A DNA stretch of 64,000 nt from an uncultured Acetobacteraceae bacterium. Its GTDB lineage: Bacteria; Pseudomonadota; Alphaproteobacteria; Acetobacterales; Acetobacteraceae. The position numbers and the translations under genes are program-made. Location of the stretch: assembly GCA_964250925.1 (NCBI GenBank), contig CAXUHU010000003.1, forward strand, positions 25,327 to 89,326, in the 5' to 3' direction. Numbering within the stretch: position 1 is the first letter of the stretch; each line of letters opens with the position of its first letter. Shown here in pieces: positions 10,869-19,633 of the stretch. The notes under the pieces were generated by a model. The model was not told where the DNA came from. It ran no database searches and saw only the letters and a list, made by a program, of their open reading frames with translations.

Positions 10869-11291
10869 TCACCAGTCGAGCCCTGCGGCGGCTAGCTCGT
10901 GCAGTAGCGTCACCGTCGCCCAGCGCTCAACGATCTTGCCGTCCTCGACGCGCCACAGCACGAAGCCGTGGAACTCGCCAGGCTGGCCGGTTTGGGGGTC
11001 CGTCGCGATCCACACGTTGCGCACGGCCACCTTGTCGCCCTCGGCTACCGCGTCCCGCACCTCGACACGCAAATCGGGCATCATGCGGTGCATCGCCTGC
11101 ATCATCGCCCTGTCGCCCGCGACACCGGTCGGCTTGCCGCCTGGGCCGTCGTGGTCGAGAAATCCGGGCGCCATGTTGCGGTCGATGGCGGCCAGGTCCC
11201 GGCGGTTCACGAAATCTTCAAAGTGCCCGAGCACCAGCGCCTTATTGGCGCGGGCGAGATCGGCTGCGACGCGCGTCTGTTCGGACGTCAT
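10869..11291 (-). CDS. SnoaL-like ester cyclase
   Basis: FVNRRDLAAIDR...AEGDKVAVR...RVEDGKIVERW. Confidence 0.8.
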   Translation of the reverse strand: MTSEQTRVAADLARANKALVLGHFEDFVNRRDLAAIDRNMAPGFLDHDGPGGKPTGVAGDRAMMQAMHRMMPDLRVEVRDAVAEGDKVAVRNVWIATDPQTGQPGEFHGFVLWRVEDGKIVERWATVTLLHELAAAGLDW

Positions 11292-11409
11292 TCGAGGTTG
11301 GCCCAGAAGTCCATTAACGGCTCCCACTATCCATTCGGTCGTGTGTAGACGTACGCTCCATCAGTCAAATCGAATGGCTTGATGATGGTCATCGACAGCG
11401 TCGATACGG

Positions 11410-12372
11410 TCAAACTCGGGTTCGCCCGACCGAGGCGACCAGTTCGCGGAGCCAAGCCTGCGCCGGGTCCGCCGTGTTGCGACGGTGCCATGCCATCCGG
11501 ACGTCGTAGCCGTTGGACCGCAGCGGCACGTCGCAGACCGCAAGTCCGGCCGCGTCGGCGCAGTTAAGGGCAAGGCGGCGCGGGAGCGCCGAGACGGCGC
11601 GAAAGCCGTGCAGCAGGAAGGGCACCGCCAGGAAATGCGGCGTCGTGTAGATGACCATGCGGGTCCGGCCGGCCGCTTCCAGCAGCTCGTCGACGTGTCC
11701 GAACGGCTCGCCACGCAGCGAGACGAGGATGTGCGGCAACGCCACGTAATCATCGAGGGATAGCGGCGGCGCGACACCGCATGCTTGCGCGTCGAACAGG
11801 CACACGAAGGTCTCGTGATAGAGCGTGGCGGCGTCCAGGGTGCTGTCCACGTCGGGGAAGTGCCCCAGCGCCAGATCGATGGCGCCCGATGCCAGCAGGT
11901 CCGCGGCGCCCTGCCGCTCGACCGAGCGCGCGATGACCCGGATGTTGGCGGCATCCCGCCGCATCGCCTGCAGCACGTCCTGCATGACGGCGGCCTCCGC
12001 CTGGTCCGACAGCCCGATGCGGAAGGTTCGGCGGTCCGTGGCCGGGCTGAACCCGCGCGCGCTGAACACTTCCGCCCGCAGTTCGGCGAGGATGCGCGCG
12101 ACCGGTGGCACCAGGTCGATGGCGCGGCTGGTCGGCTGCAAGCCGGTCGGTGTGCGCACGAGCAACGGGTCGTCGAACATGTCCCGCAGCCGCGAGAGCG
12201 CGTTGCTCATGGCGGGCTGGCCGACCCCCATGCGCCGCGCGGCGGCGGTGACACTGCGCTCGGCCATCAGCATGTCGAACGCGACGAGCAGGTTGAGATC
12301 GAACCGGCGCAGGCTGTCCGTGTCGCTGGCGTCCTGTCCCACCCGGCTTGCTCCCCGACGACCCTCGCTCAC
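11410..12372 (-). CDS. LysR-family transcriptional regulator (NodD/DntR-like)
   Basis: FDLNLLVAFD...SVTAAARR...QPAMSNALSRLR HTH plus substrate-binding domain. Confidence 0.93.
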   Translation of the reverse strand: MSEGRRGASRVGQDASDTDSLRRFDLNLLVAFDMLMAERSVTAAARRMGVGQPAMSNALSRLRDMFDDPLLVRTPTGLQPTSRAIDLVPPVARILAELRAEVFSARGFSPATDRRTFRIGLSDQAEAAVMQDVLQAMRRDAANIRVIARSVERQGAADLLASGAIDLALGHFPDVDSTLDAATLYHETFVCLFDAQACGVAPPLSLDDYVALPHILVSLRGEPFGHVDELLEAAGRTRMVIYTTPHFLAVPFLLHGFRAVSALPRRLALNCADAAGLAVCDVPLRSNGYDVRMAWHRRNTADPAQAWLRELVASVGRTRV

Positions 12373-12614
12373 GACAGGAAGGCATCAGGGAGCACATCCA
12401 CGCAAGAAACGTGTGACGGCCCGGCTACTCTGTAAACGCAGCCGAGCCCCGCGGCGTGTCCACAGCCACACGCAGCTTCGCGACCTCGTTGCGGGGTCAA
12501 CGCGGCGATGATCGTCGGCGCGCGCATGGCCGAGATGGCCGGCAACTTCGTGCGCAACCTGCGCGAAGGCCGCGTGCGGCTGATGGCGGGCGTGGCCACC
12601 ACGGGAGCGGCGGC

Positions 12615-13037
12615 GTGACGCCCTCCATCCCAGCGATGGCGGCCGCCACCGGCAGCGTGCTGCTCGTGCTGCAAGTGGGGCTCGGTCTGGCGGTCAGCGG
12701 CGCGCGTGGCCAGGCCGGCGTGTTTATCGGCGCCGGCGGCAACGCCGGGCTGGAGCGTGCGACGCGGCGCCACGCCAACCTGGCCGAGAACGCCGGGCTG
12801 GTGCTGGCCGGCCTCACCCTGCTCGAACTGTCCGGGCGCTGGCCGACGCTTCTGCTGGTACTGTGCCCCACCTTCATCGCACTGCGCCTGTGCCACGCCG
12901 CCGGCCTGTCGCGTGCCGACACCAACAACCCGCTCCGCCTGGTCGGTGGCGCCGGCACCTACCTGCTCGGCCTGGTGCTGGGCGGCGCGCTCGCCTGGCT
13001 GGGCGGCACTGCGCTGCTGACCGCTACCCATGGCTGA
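12615..13037 (+). CDS. MAPEG family membrane protein
   Basis: RRHANLAEN motif, RLCHAAGL, four hydrophobic helices; start uncertain (GTG 12615 or ATG 12636). Confidence 0.8.
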   Translation: MTPSIPAMAAATGSVLLVLQVGLGLAVSGARGQAGVFIGAGGNAGLERATRRHANLAENAGLVLAGLTLLELSGRWPTLLLVLCPTFIALRLCHAAGLSRADTNNPLRLVGGAGTYLLGLVLGGALAWLGGTALLTATHG

Positions 13038-13433
13038 ACCGGCGGCCATACTCGACCAGGACTCGGCAATTCTGGTGACCGGGGCTACGGGCAAGACCGG
13101 CGGCCACACGGTGAAGCTGCTGTTGGCGCGCGGCCGCACAGTGCGCGCCTTCGTGCACAGGCGGGGCCACCGCTCGGAGCTGGCGGCCGCACAGGGGGCG
13201 GAGGTCGTCGAAGGCGACCTACCGTGCGGCCGTCGCGCAGGCCGGCCAGGTTCGAGGCGACCCGCGACACCACCTTCGCGCGGACAGCCGTCGAGATCGC
13301 GCTGCTGGCGGTAAAAGGGGCGGCGGTGCCGGGCTATCGGACGCCTGCCACCGCTTACGGCGCCGACTTCATCCTGGGGTTCGACGGCGTGCGGCGGACC
13401 GACGTGGACGGGCGATCGCAGGTGGACGTGTAG
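13030..13433 (+). pseudogene. Chimeric remnant: NmrA-like N-terminus joined to a saccharopine-dehydrogenase-like C-terminus
   Basis: [11 protein letters not shown]...GAEVVEGDL stops abruptly; another frame ends with GYRTPATAYGADFILGFDGVRRTDV. Confidence 0.6.
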
Positions 13434-13445
13434 GGCAGCCTGCCT

Positions 13446-13778
13446 TCACGCGGCGCCTTTGCCACCCGCCTGATCGGCATGCCAAGCGGCATACGGCGAG
13501 TTCGCCACCATGCGCCTGTTGTAATCCGGTGCGCCGTCGTCCCACCACGCCGCGCCGCGCTCTCCAAGCGCGCGCTTTGCGGCATCCACACGGGCGCGTG
13601 CCGCCGCGAGTGCCTCTCCGTCGCCCCTCGCTGCGCGCACGGCCCGCCGCGCTGCCATCAGCTCGCGCACGAGCGCGTCATGGCGTTCCGGCGGGAGCGT
13701 CGGGTTGGCGAGGCGCCACAGCCTCCCGCGCACGACGAAGTAGCGGCCGTCCGGGGTGCGCAGGTGGACCTCAGGCAA
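13446..13778 (-). CDS. Conserved hypothetical protein (TPDGRYFVVRGRLWR family)
   Basis: RTPDGRYFVVRGRLWR...GERGAAWWDDGAPDYNRRM; TTG start inferred. Confidence 0.7.
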   Translation of the reverse strand: MPEVHLRTPDGRYFVVRGRLWRLANPTLPPERHDALVRELMAARRAVRAARGDGEALAAARARVDAAKRALGERGAAWWDDGAPDYNRRMVANSPYAAWHADQAGGKGAA

Positions 13779-13977
13779 GAAGCAACGCGCCGGCGGGCGG
13801 ATCCTTCTTCTCGCCACGCGCCACGATCCGCAATGCGCCGTCCGGCAACGGCCTCTGCAGCCGGCGTGCATCTGTCCAGGGCGTCGCCAACCACGTGTCG
13901 GCTTCTTCACTCGTGGTGAGGATGACGGGCATCGCCTTGGGATGGACGCTGGCGACCTCGCGATTCGGCTCGGTCGT
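13771..13977 (-). pseudogene. C-terminal fragment of an SOS response-associated peptidase (SRAP)
   Basis: TTEPNREVASVHPKAMPVILTT...LQRPLP, preceded directly by an in-frame TAG; N-terminus missing. Confidence 0.7.
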
Positions 13978-14278
13978 CTACGGAGCCGGTAAAGGTAGGA
14001 GTAGGTCGTCGGACACGATCGCTGCAGGGCGGTGATGCCCGCATCACAAATTGTCCCAGATACGCGCGATAACCCTCGATAGGCCTTTCGTGACACCGAA
14101 GATCATCCGCTCGTTCCGCGACGGCCTGGTCATGGCATCCCCAGTAATGACCCCCGACGGCGACGTATCACGATCTCGATCCGCGGAACAACGGACGATC
14201 GACGGTGCTCGTGGACGATGGATCAGTACACCGATATCGGGTATGTTCGGCCGCGACAACCCACTAACGCCAGTCTTC

Positions 14279-14396
14279 ACTAGCCGACTTCATTGTTCAA
14301 CCGTCTATACGGCTCAGTCCTTGAAGTAGCCAACTTTTGATTATGAAAATAAGCAACTCCGCCGACCTGACTAACAGACTTTATTAGTCCGGAACA
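14279..14396 (-). repeat. glmS-distal transposon end with widely spaced TnsB-type sites
   Basis: Minus strand reads TGTTCCGGACTAATAAAGTC, CAAAAGTTGGCTA (14327-14339) and ACAATGAAGTCGGCTAGT (14279-14296; 16/18 identical to 4357-4374). Confidence 0.85.
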
Positions 14397-14531
14397 ACTT
14401 CGATGCGCCGGCACTCTCCACAATGGGAATCGGCCGGCGGGCATCGCACCCGTTCGGACGGCCGTGCAATGGCTCCGTGCTTGCCAGCCTTGCCGATTGC
14501 TGAAATATGACCTGGGCTGGCCTGGGGCGAC

Positions 14532-14927
14532 GTGGTTCGAGCACTCAAGACCCGGCTAGGCGGCGGCTTGCTCAAGTTCCTGCTGGTCGTGCTGGCGCTC
14601 GCCTGTCAGATCGGCGCGGTAACGTCAGCGGTCTCGGTCTATCCGCATAACGACGACGCCTCCTTGGCGGCCGTCTCCCTTCTGTGTCAGGGCGCTGCTC
14701 ACCCAGACGGTCGTGACGCGCCATCGGGGCACCGGCATGTGCCTCGCCAGGCCGTCATCGGTGTTGCCCAGGCAGACGCCTGCTCGGCGGCCGTTCTGCG
14801 CCCTGGCGCTGCTTTGCCGGAGCCTGCTCGGGCAAACATTGGCGAAGCCAGGCACCCCGAGGCGCGCGCCCCCCCTGTCCGCGCGGTCGCGTCGTTCTAC
14901 CCGCGAGGCCCGCCCAGCCCTGTCTGA
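14532..14927 (+). CDS. DUF2946-like leader protein with RAPP and RGPP motifs (candidate arrest peptide)
   Basis: Hydrophobic N-terminus, Cys/His-containing middle, EARAPP (14865-14876) and PRGPP (14904-14915) near the C-terminus; first gene of the Cu operon. Confidence 0.65.
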   Translation: MVRALKTRLGGGLLKFLLVVLALACQIGAVTSAVSVYPHNDDASLAAVSLLCQGAAHPDGRDAPSGHRHVPRQAVIGVAQADACSAAVLRPGAALPEPARANIGEARHPEARAPPVRAVASFYPRGPPSPV

Positions 14928-14995
14928 CAGCTGATCCTTTGCCCGCGGCAGATCGCACGCTGCCGCCCATGATCACGTTTGCCGGACAGGTTTCC

Positions 14996-15961
14996 ATGCA
15001 TCGAACATCACCAACCGTGCTTGCATGTGCAGGCGCCTACCTTTTCAGCGCATCCCCCACCCTGGCCCATGCCGTCTGCGGCGCACGGGTCTATCCTGTG
15101 ACCTTGACGATGGATGACCCGGGCGTCGCCGACGAGGCCACGATCCCGCAGATCGTCTATACCCGCAGCGCCGCCGCCGGCGGCCCGGGTCCCGGGCACG
15201 ACACCAGCGTGCAGTTCGAATACGACAAGCGGCTGACTGACGCGATCGGCTTCGCATTCAACGATGGCTACGCCGTCGATCAGACCAACAACGCCAAGAC
15301 GCAGGCCGGCTGGGACGACCTGACCGTCACCGCCAAATGGGCCAGGTGCGTCAACCCCGACGCCAGCTTCCAGCTCGCCGTCGGAGTCATCCGCGAGTTC
15401 GGCCGCACAGGCACCTCGCATGTCGGGTCCGACGAGTACGGCGACACGGCACCCACAATCTACCTAGGGAAGGGGCTCGACGATGCTGTGGTGCCGATTT
15501 TACAACCGCTTCAGTTCTCGGGCGAGCTCAGCTACGCGGTCACCGACAAGGCGATCAAAACCTACACGACTCTGGACCCCATCTCGGGTCTCTCATCGGC
15601 CCGCACGAACAATGGCGGTGCCAACCGGTGGATCGGCTCGTTCTCTGTTCAGTACTCGATCCCATACCTGCAAAATCAGGTGGAGGATTTCGGCCTGCCC
15701 GAACCGGTTTCCCACCTGATCCCCATTGCGGAGTTCAACTGGACGTCGCCCACGGTTTCGGGCGGCAACGGACCGACCACGTGGACGATGGCGCCTGGAT
15801 TTATCTACCTGCGCAGCTGGTATCAGGTCGGCGTAGAGGCGCTCGTTCCGCTCGATAAAGGCGCGGGCACGAATGTCGGCGTCATCGTTCAGCTGCACGT
15901 CTTCCTCGACGACCTGTATCCGCACGGCGTCGGCGCTCCGATCCTAGACCTTCTGAAATGA
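14996..15961 (+). CDS. Exported, probable outer-membrane beta-barrel protein (candidate metal uptake)
   Basis: Signal peptide ending TLA-HAVCG, alternating amphipathic strands with aromatics; directly upstream of copC. Confidence 0.6.
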   Translation: MHRTSPTVLACAGAYLFSASPTLAHAVCGARVYPVTLTMDDPGVADEATIPQIVYTRSAAAGGPGPGHDTSVQFEYDKRLTDAIGFAFNDGYAVDQTNNAKTQAGWDDLTVTAKWARCVNPDASFQLAVGVIREFGRTGTSHVGSDEYGDTAPTIYLGKGLDDAVVPILQPLQFSGELSYAVTDKAIKTYTTLDPISGLSSARTNNGGANRWIGSFSVQYSIPYLQNQVEDFGLPEPVSHLIPIAEFNWTSPTVSGGNGPTTWTMAPGFIYLRSWYQVGVEALVPLDKGAGTNVGVIVQLHVFLDDLYPHGVGAPILDLLK

Positions 15962-16017
15962 CGACGTCATCCGGCCTGCCGCTCCGGCACTGTGTCATTT
16001 CCTCAGGGGAGGAACCC

Positions 16018-16374
16018 ATGCTTCGCACCATCGCCGCCGCTGCCGCCTGCCTGCTTCTGCCGATGCCCGTCTGCGCGCACGCTTTTCTGGACGGCGCCAC
16101 CCCGCGTGTGGGCAGCAACAACCCGACCGCCCCGACCGAAGTGGTGCTGCATTTCACGCAGAGTGTCGAACCCGATTTCTCCACGATCAAGGTGACGAAC
16201 GCCGCGGGCGCAATGGTGACGGACGGCGTCCCCCACACAAAGCCGGGCGACGCCACACGCTTGGCGGTGCGGCTTACGACGATCGGCGCGGGCCAGTACA
16301 CCGTCGTCTGGCATGTGACGTCGGTGGACACGCACAAGACGCAGGGCAAGTTCCACTTCAGCGTGACGCCTTAG
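16018..16374 (+). CDS. copC: Copper resistance protein CopC
   Basis: Signal peptide then HAFL (His1), W-H-VTSVDTHKTQG Cu(II) site. Confidence 0.9.
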   Translation: MLRTIAAAAACLLLPMPVCAHAFLDGATPRVGSNNPTAPTEVVLHFTQSVEPDFSTIKVTNAAGAMVTDGVPHTKPGDATRLAVRLTTIGAGQYTVVWHVTSVDTHKTQGKFHFSVTP

Positions 16375-16376
16375 CC

Positions 16377-18311
16377 ATGCTGCCGTTCGATCTTCAGGGC
16401 GGGTTGCCGCTCTCGGCCGCGCGCGCCCTGATGGTCGGCGCGGTGCTCTCCACCTTTGGAGCATTGGTCTTCCGGGTCTTGGTCGCGCCCAGGGCCTGTG
16501 CGCCCATGACGCCGGAGGCGGTGCGCGTCGGCAAGCAGCGCCTGCTCGTCGTCTCGCAGGTCAGCGCCCTGGCCGGGCTACTCGCAGCCATTCTGTGGCT
16601 ATACCTGCAAGCGGCAGACATGGCCGATGCGGAAGGCGCCGCCCGGGTCCTGGCAGCCCTTATCCCTGTCCTGACCCGCACCCTATTCGGACACGTTCTC
16701 GGCGCGCAGTTCGCCGCACTTCTCGCCGCCTCGGCGCTGATCGGCGTGGTCGATGTGGCTTGGCGCCAAAGAGCTGCCTTGGGCATGACGACCCTCGCCG
16801 TCGCCTTGCAGGCGGGCCACAGCCACGCCTACGCGATGTATGGCGGGGCAAGCGTGTTGCTGGGCTGCGACGTCGTGCACCTTCTGGCTGCAGGGGCCTG
16901 GCTGGGCGGCCTGGTGCCGCTGCTGCTCTGGGTGCGGTGTGCGCCGCCCAAGACGGGTGCCAGTGCCGCGCGCCGGTTCTCGCCCCTCGGTCAAGGGTGC
17001 ATCGCCGCACTGGTCCTGTCGGCGACCGTCCAAGGCTGGATACTCGTCGGAACCGTTCCCGGACTGGTCGGCACCGCCTATGGCTGGATGGTGCTCGTCA
17101 AGATCGGCCTGTTCGCGGTGCTGCTGGGCTTTGCAGCCGCCAACCGCTACCGCTTTGCACCAGCGTTGCTGCACGACAGGCCCGTTACGGCGAAGACGGT
17201 GCTGGTGCGCAGCATCGCTCTTCAGACAGGGTTCGCAATCGCCATCGTCGCTGCCGCCAGCGTGCTGAGCGCGCTGCCGCCCGCCATGCACGAACAGCCG
17301 GCCTGGCCTTTCCCCGAACGCTTCAGCTTGGCCGCCGTAAACGAGGATCCCGACTTCCTGCGCGAAGTGGTGCAGGCGGGCGTGCTGCTCGCTGGCGCCG
17401 GGCTGGTTTTGACATTGTGCGTGAGCGCGCGCCGCTTCCGGCTGACGGCTTGCGCCCTGGCGGCTGTTTCCGTTTGGTTCGAGCTGCCGCATCTCGACCT
17501 GCTGCTCGTGACCGCCTACCCCACCAGCTTCTATCGTTCGCCCACGGGCTTCGCAGCCGCCGCCATCGTGAGCGGGCAATCAGTCTATGCAGCGCATTGT
17601 GTCGTCTGCCACGGCAGGGAGGGGCGTGGCGACGGAGTTGCGGCCAAGACCTTGCCGGTGCCGGCAGCCGACCTGACAGCGCCGCACCTCTGGATGCATA
17701 GCGATGGAGAGCTGTTCTGGTGGCTTGCCCACGGCATACTGACACCGGGGGGCGTGCAGGCGATGCCCGGCTTGGCCACGGTGCTGGATGACGACCAGCG
17801 TTGGGCGGCCATCGACTTCATCCGGGCACGCAACGCCGGCGGCACCCTGCGTGCGACAGGGGGGTGGACGCCGCCGCTCTTGGCGCCCGGGTTCGACCTG
17901 AGTTGCGGCACGACCTACATCGCGCTGTCCGGGCTGCGGGGGCGGTTCGTGCTGTTGCGATTCAGTCAGGCGCCACTCAGCCAAGTGGGGTTCGGCCACG
18001 AGCCGGATCGGCCCCGCATCGGCACCGCGGTCAGCATCCTGGCCATGCCTGCCGGGCAGGCTGCACCGCCCGACGACTGCGTAAGCACCGACGAGACCGT
18101 GGCGCCTGCCTACGCCATCGTGTCGGGCGTGGACGTGGCAAGCTTGCCCGGGACGGAGTTCCTGATCGATGAGCGGGGCTGGCTGCGTGCTGTGCACCGG
18201 GCGGGGACAGCACCCCTGTGGAGCGCTGCGGCGTTGCAGGCGGAAATCCGCTTGTTGCGCGCGCATCCCGTGGCTGACGCTGCCGTAGCGCCGATGAAGA
18301 TGCCGATGTGA
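16377..18311 (+). CDS. CopD-family membrane protein fused to cytochrome c and a degenerate thioredoxin-like domain
   Basis: GHSHA, HLLAAGAWLGGL, LVKIGLF..N RY CopD motifs; CVVCHG heme site; C-terminal FLIDERGWLR. Confidence 0.85.
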   Translation: MLPFDLQGGLPLSAARALMVGAVLSTFGALVFRVLVAPRACAPMTPEAVRVGKQRLLVVSQVSALAGLLAAILWLYLQAADMADAEGAARVLAALIPVLTRTLFGHVLGAQFAALLAASALIGVVDVAWRQRAALGMTTLAVALQAGHSHAYAMYGGASVLLGCDVVHLLAAGAWLGGLVPLLLWVRCAPPKTGASAARRFSPLGQGCIAALVLSATVQGWILVGTVPGLVGTAYGWMVLVKIGLFAVLLGFAAANRYRFAPALLHDRPVTAKTVLVRSIALQTGFAIAIVAAASVLSALPPAMHEQPAWPFPERFSLAAVNEDPDFLREVVQAGVLLAGAGLVLTLCVSARRFRLTACALAAVSVWFELPHLDLLLVTAYPTSFYRSPTGFAAAAIVSGQSVYAAHCVVCHGREGRGDGVAAKTLPVPAADLTAPHLWMHSDGELFWWLAHGILTPGGVQAMPGLATVLDDDQRWAAIDFIRARNAGGTLRATGGWTPPLLAPGFDLSCGTTYIALSGLRGRFVLLRFSQAPLSQVGFGHEPDRPRIGTAVSILAMPAGQAAPPDDCVSTDETVAPAYAIVSGVDVASLPGTEFLIDERGWLRAVHRAGTAPLWSAAALQAEIRLLRAHPVADAAVAPMKMPM

Positions 18312-18324
18312 TGGGTGGTTGGCG

Positions 18325-18948
18325 ATGAAGACGAGACGGGCGGTCCGCCGGCGGGAGCGCGATCGCAAAGCCTTCACACGCGCCTGGTTCGGCGTAGCGG
18401 CCATTCTGCTCCTAGCCGGCACGTTCTGGCTGACGGTTCCGGGCCAACGGAAGCAGGGTGGCATCGGCGGACCGTTCACGCTGATGGCCGATGACGGCTA
18501 CCTCCGAACGGAACGAAGCTTCCCCGGGAAGTACCTTGCCGTCTATTTCGGCTACACACACTGCCAGGATGTTTGTCCCGCGACGCTCAACACGCTGGCG
18601 GCCGCACTGGCGCGATTGGGCGGCGCGGCCGAACGCGTGCAACCACTGTTCATCACCGTCGATCCGTCGCGCGACTCGCCTGCGGTGCTGCGCCGTTTCG
18701 TCGCGGGCTTTGCACCCAACCTGATGGGACTGACCGGAACGCCGGACCAGTTGGCCAAGGTCGAGCGAGGGTATCGCGTGGTGAGTGTTCCGCATGTCGG
18801 AGCTGCGCCGGCCAGCTACGTGGTGGACCACAGTTCGGTAATCTACCTGATCGACCCTGACGGCGCCTTTGTCGCACCGATACCGGCCGATGCCTCCGAA
18901 ATGGTGATGGCGCAAGCGATCGCGCGCTACGTCAGGACGCCGTCTTGA
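18325..18948 (+). CDS. SCO1/SenC copper chaperone
   Basis: FGYTHCQDVCP (CxxxC), ITVDP, VDHSS. Confidence 0.92.
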   Translation: MKTRRAVRRRERDRKAFTRAWFGVAAILLLAGTFWLTVPGQRKQGGIGGPFTLMADDGYLRTERSFPGKYLAVYFGYTHCQDVCPATLNTLAAALARLGGAAERVQPLFITVDPSRDSPAVLRRFVAGFAPNLMGLTGTPDQLAKVERGYRVVSVPHVGAAPASYVVDHSSVIYLIDPDGAFVAPIPADASEMVMAQAIARYVRTPS

Positions 18949-19612
18949 TGGGTGCAGAAGTTCGTTTCGTCGGATGCGGACACGTATCTTGCGACGTCGC
19001 CAGCGCTGCGGCCACGAAAGCCGAGATGCGCGACGCGTCTTTCACGCCGGGCGCCGTCTCGACGCCGGACGAGACGTCAACGGCCTGGGCGCCGCTGCGG
19101 GCAATCGCTTCAGCAACGTTCTCGGGGGTAAGCCCGCCGGCGAGCATCCAGGGGATGCCCGGGCTCCAGCCGCGCAGCATGGACCAGTCCAGCTTCAAGG
19201 CGAGGCCGCCGGGCCTAGCCGAGCCGGCGGGCGGTTTCGGCTCGATCACCAGCGCCGCAGCGCCGGCAGGCGGCTGGGGCAGGTCGGCTGGCGAGGCGAC
19301 GCCCGCGCTCTGCCAGACGGAAACGCCGAACCTGCGCCGTATCTCGTCCAGCCTGTGGGTTGGTGCATAGAGTTGCAACGCATCGAGCGGCAACGCGGCA
19401 AGAGTCGCGGCCACCTCGTCGTTGCTTGGATTGACGAACAGGCCGACCCTGGCCGGCCCGCCGCTGTGCCGGCCCGATAGCCGGGCTGCCGTGGTGGGGG
19501 TGACGTGGCGCGGGGACCGGGCGAAGAATACGAAGCCGGTCCAGTCTGCGCCGGCTTCTGCCGCTGCGTCGAATGCCTGGGGGCTGTTGATGCCGCAAAT
19601 TTTTATTCGCAC
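18932..19612 (-). CDS. trpF: Phosphoribosylanthranilate isomerase
   Basis: IKICGI, GFVF, LAGGLTPENV, VDVSSGVE. Confidence 0.93.
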   Translation of the reverse strand: MRIKICGINSPQAFDAAAEAGADWTGFVFFARSPRHVTPTTAARLSGRHSGGPARVGLFVNPSNDEVAATLAALPLDALQLYAPTHRLDEIRRRFGVSVWQSAGVASPADLPQPPAGAAALVIEPKPPAGSARPGGLALKLDWSMLRGWSPGIPWMLAGGLTPENVAEAIARSGAQAVDVSSGVETAPGVKDASRISAFVAAALATSQDTCPHPTKRTSAPIKTAS

Positions 19613-19633
19613 GCAGATTTGGCAAGCCTTCCT

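Larger units (their letters stand above)
4349..14396. mobile_element. Tn7-like element at attTn7 (glmS), non-autonomous (no tns genes recognised)
   Basis: Terminal inverted repeat TGTTCCGGAC at both ends; 5-bp direct repeat ACTTC at 4344-4348 and 14397-14401; insertion 19-23 bp after the glmS stop; repeated AAGTCGGCTA-like sites inside both ends. Confidence 0.92.

Noticed and set aside
14040-14330. Short ORFs (14051-14329 +, 14044-14280 -) inside the distal end
   Set aside because: No RBS or family motifs, and they overlap the TnsB sites; treated as non-coding or degraded DNA.
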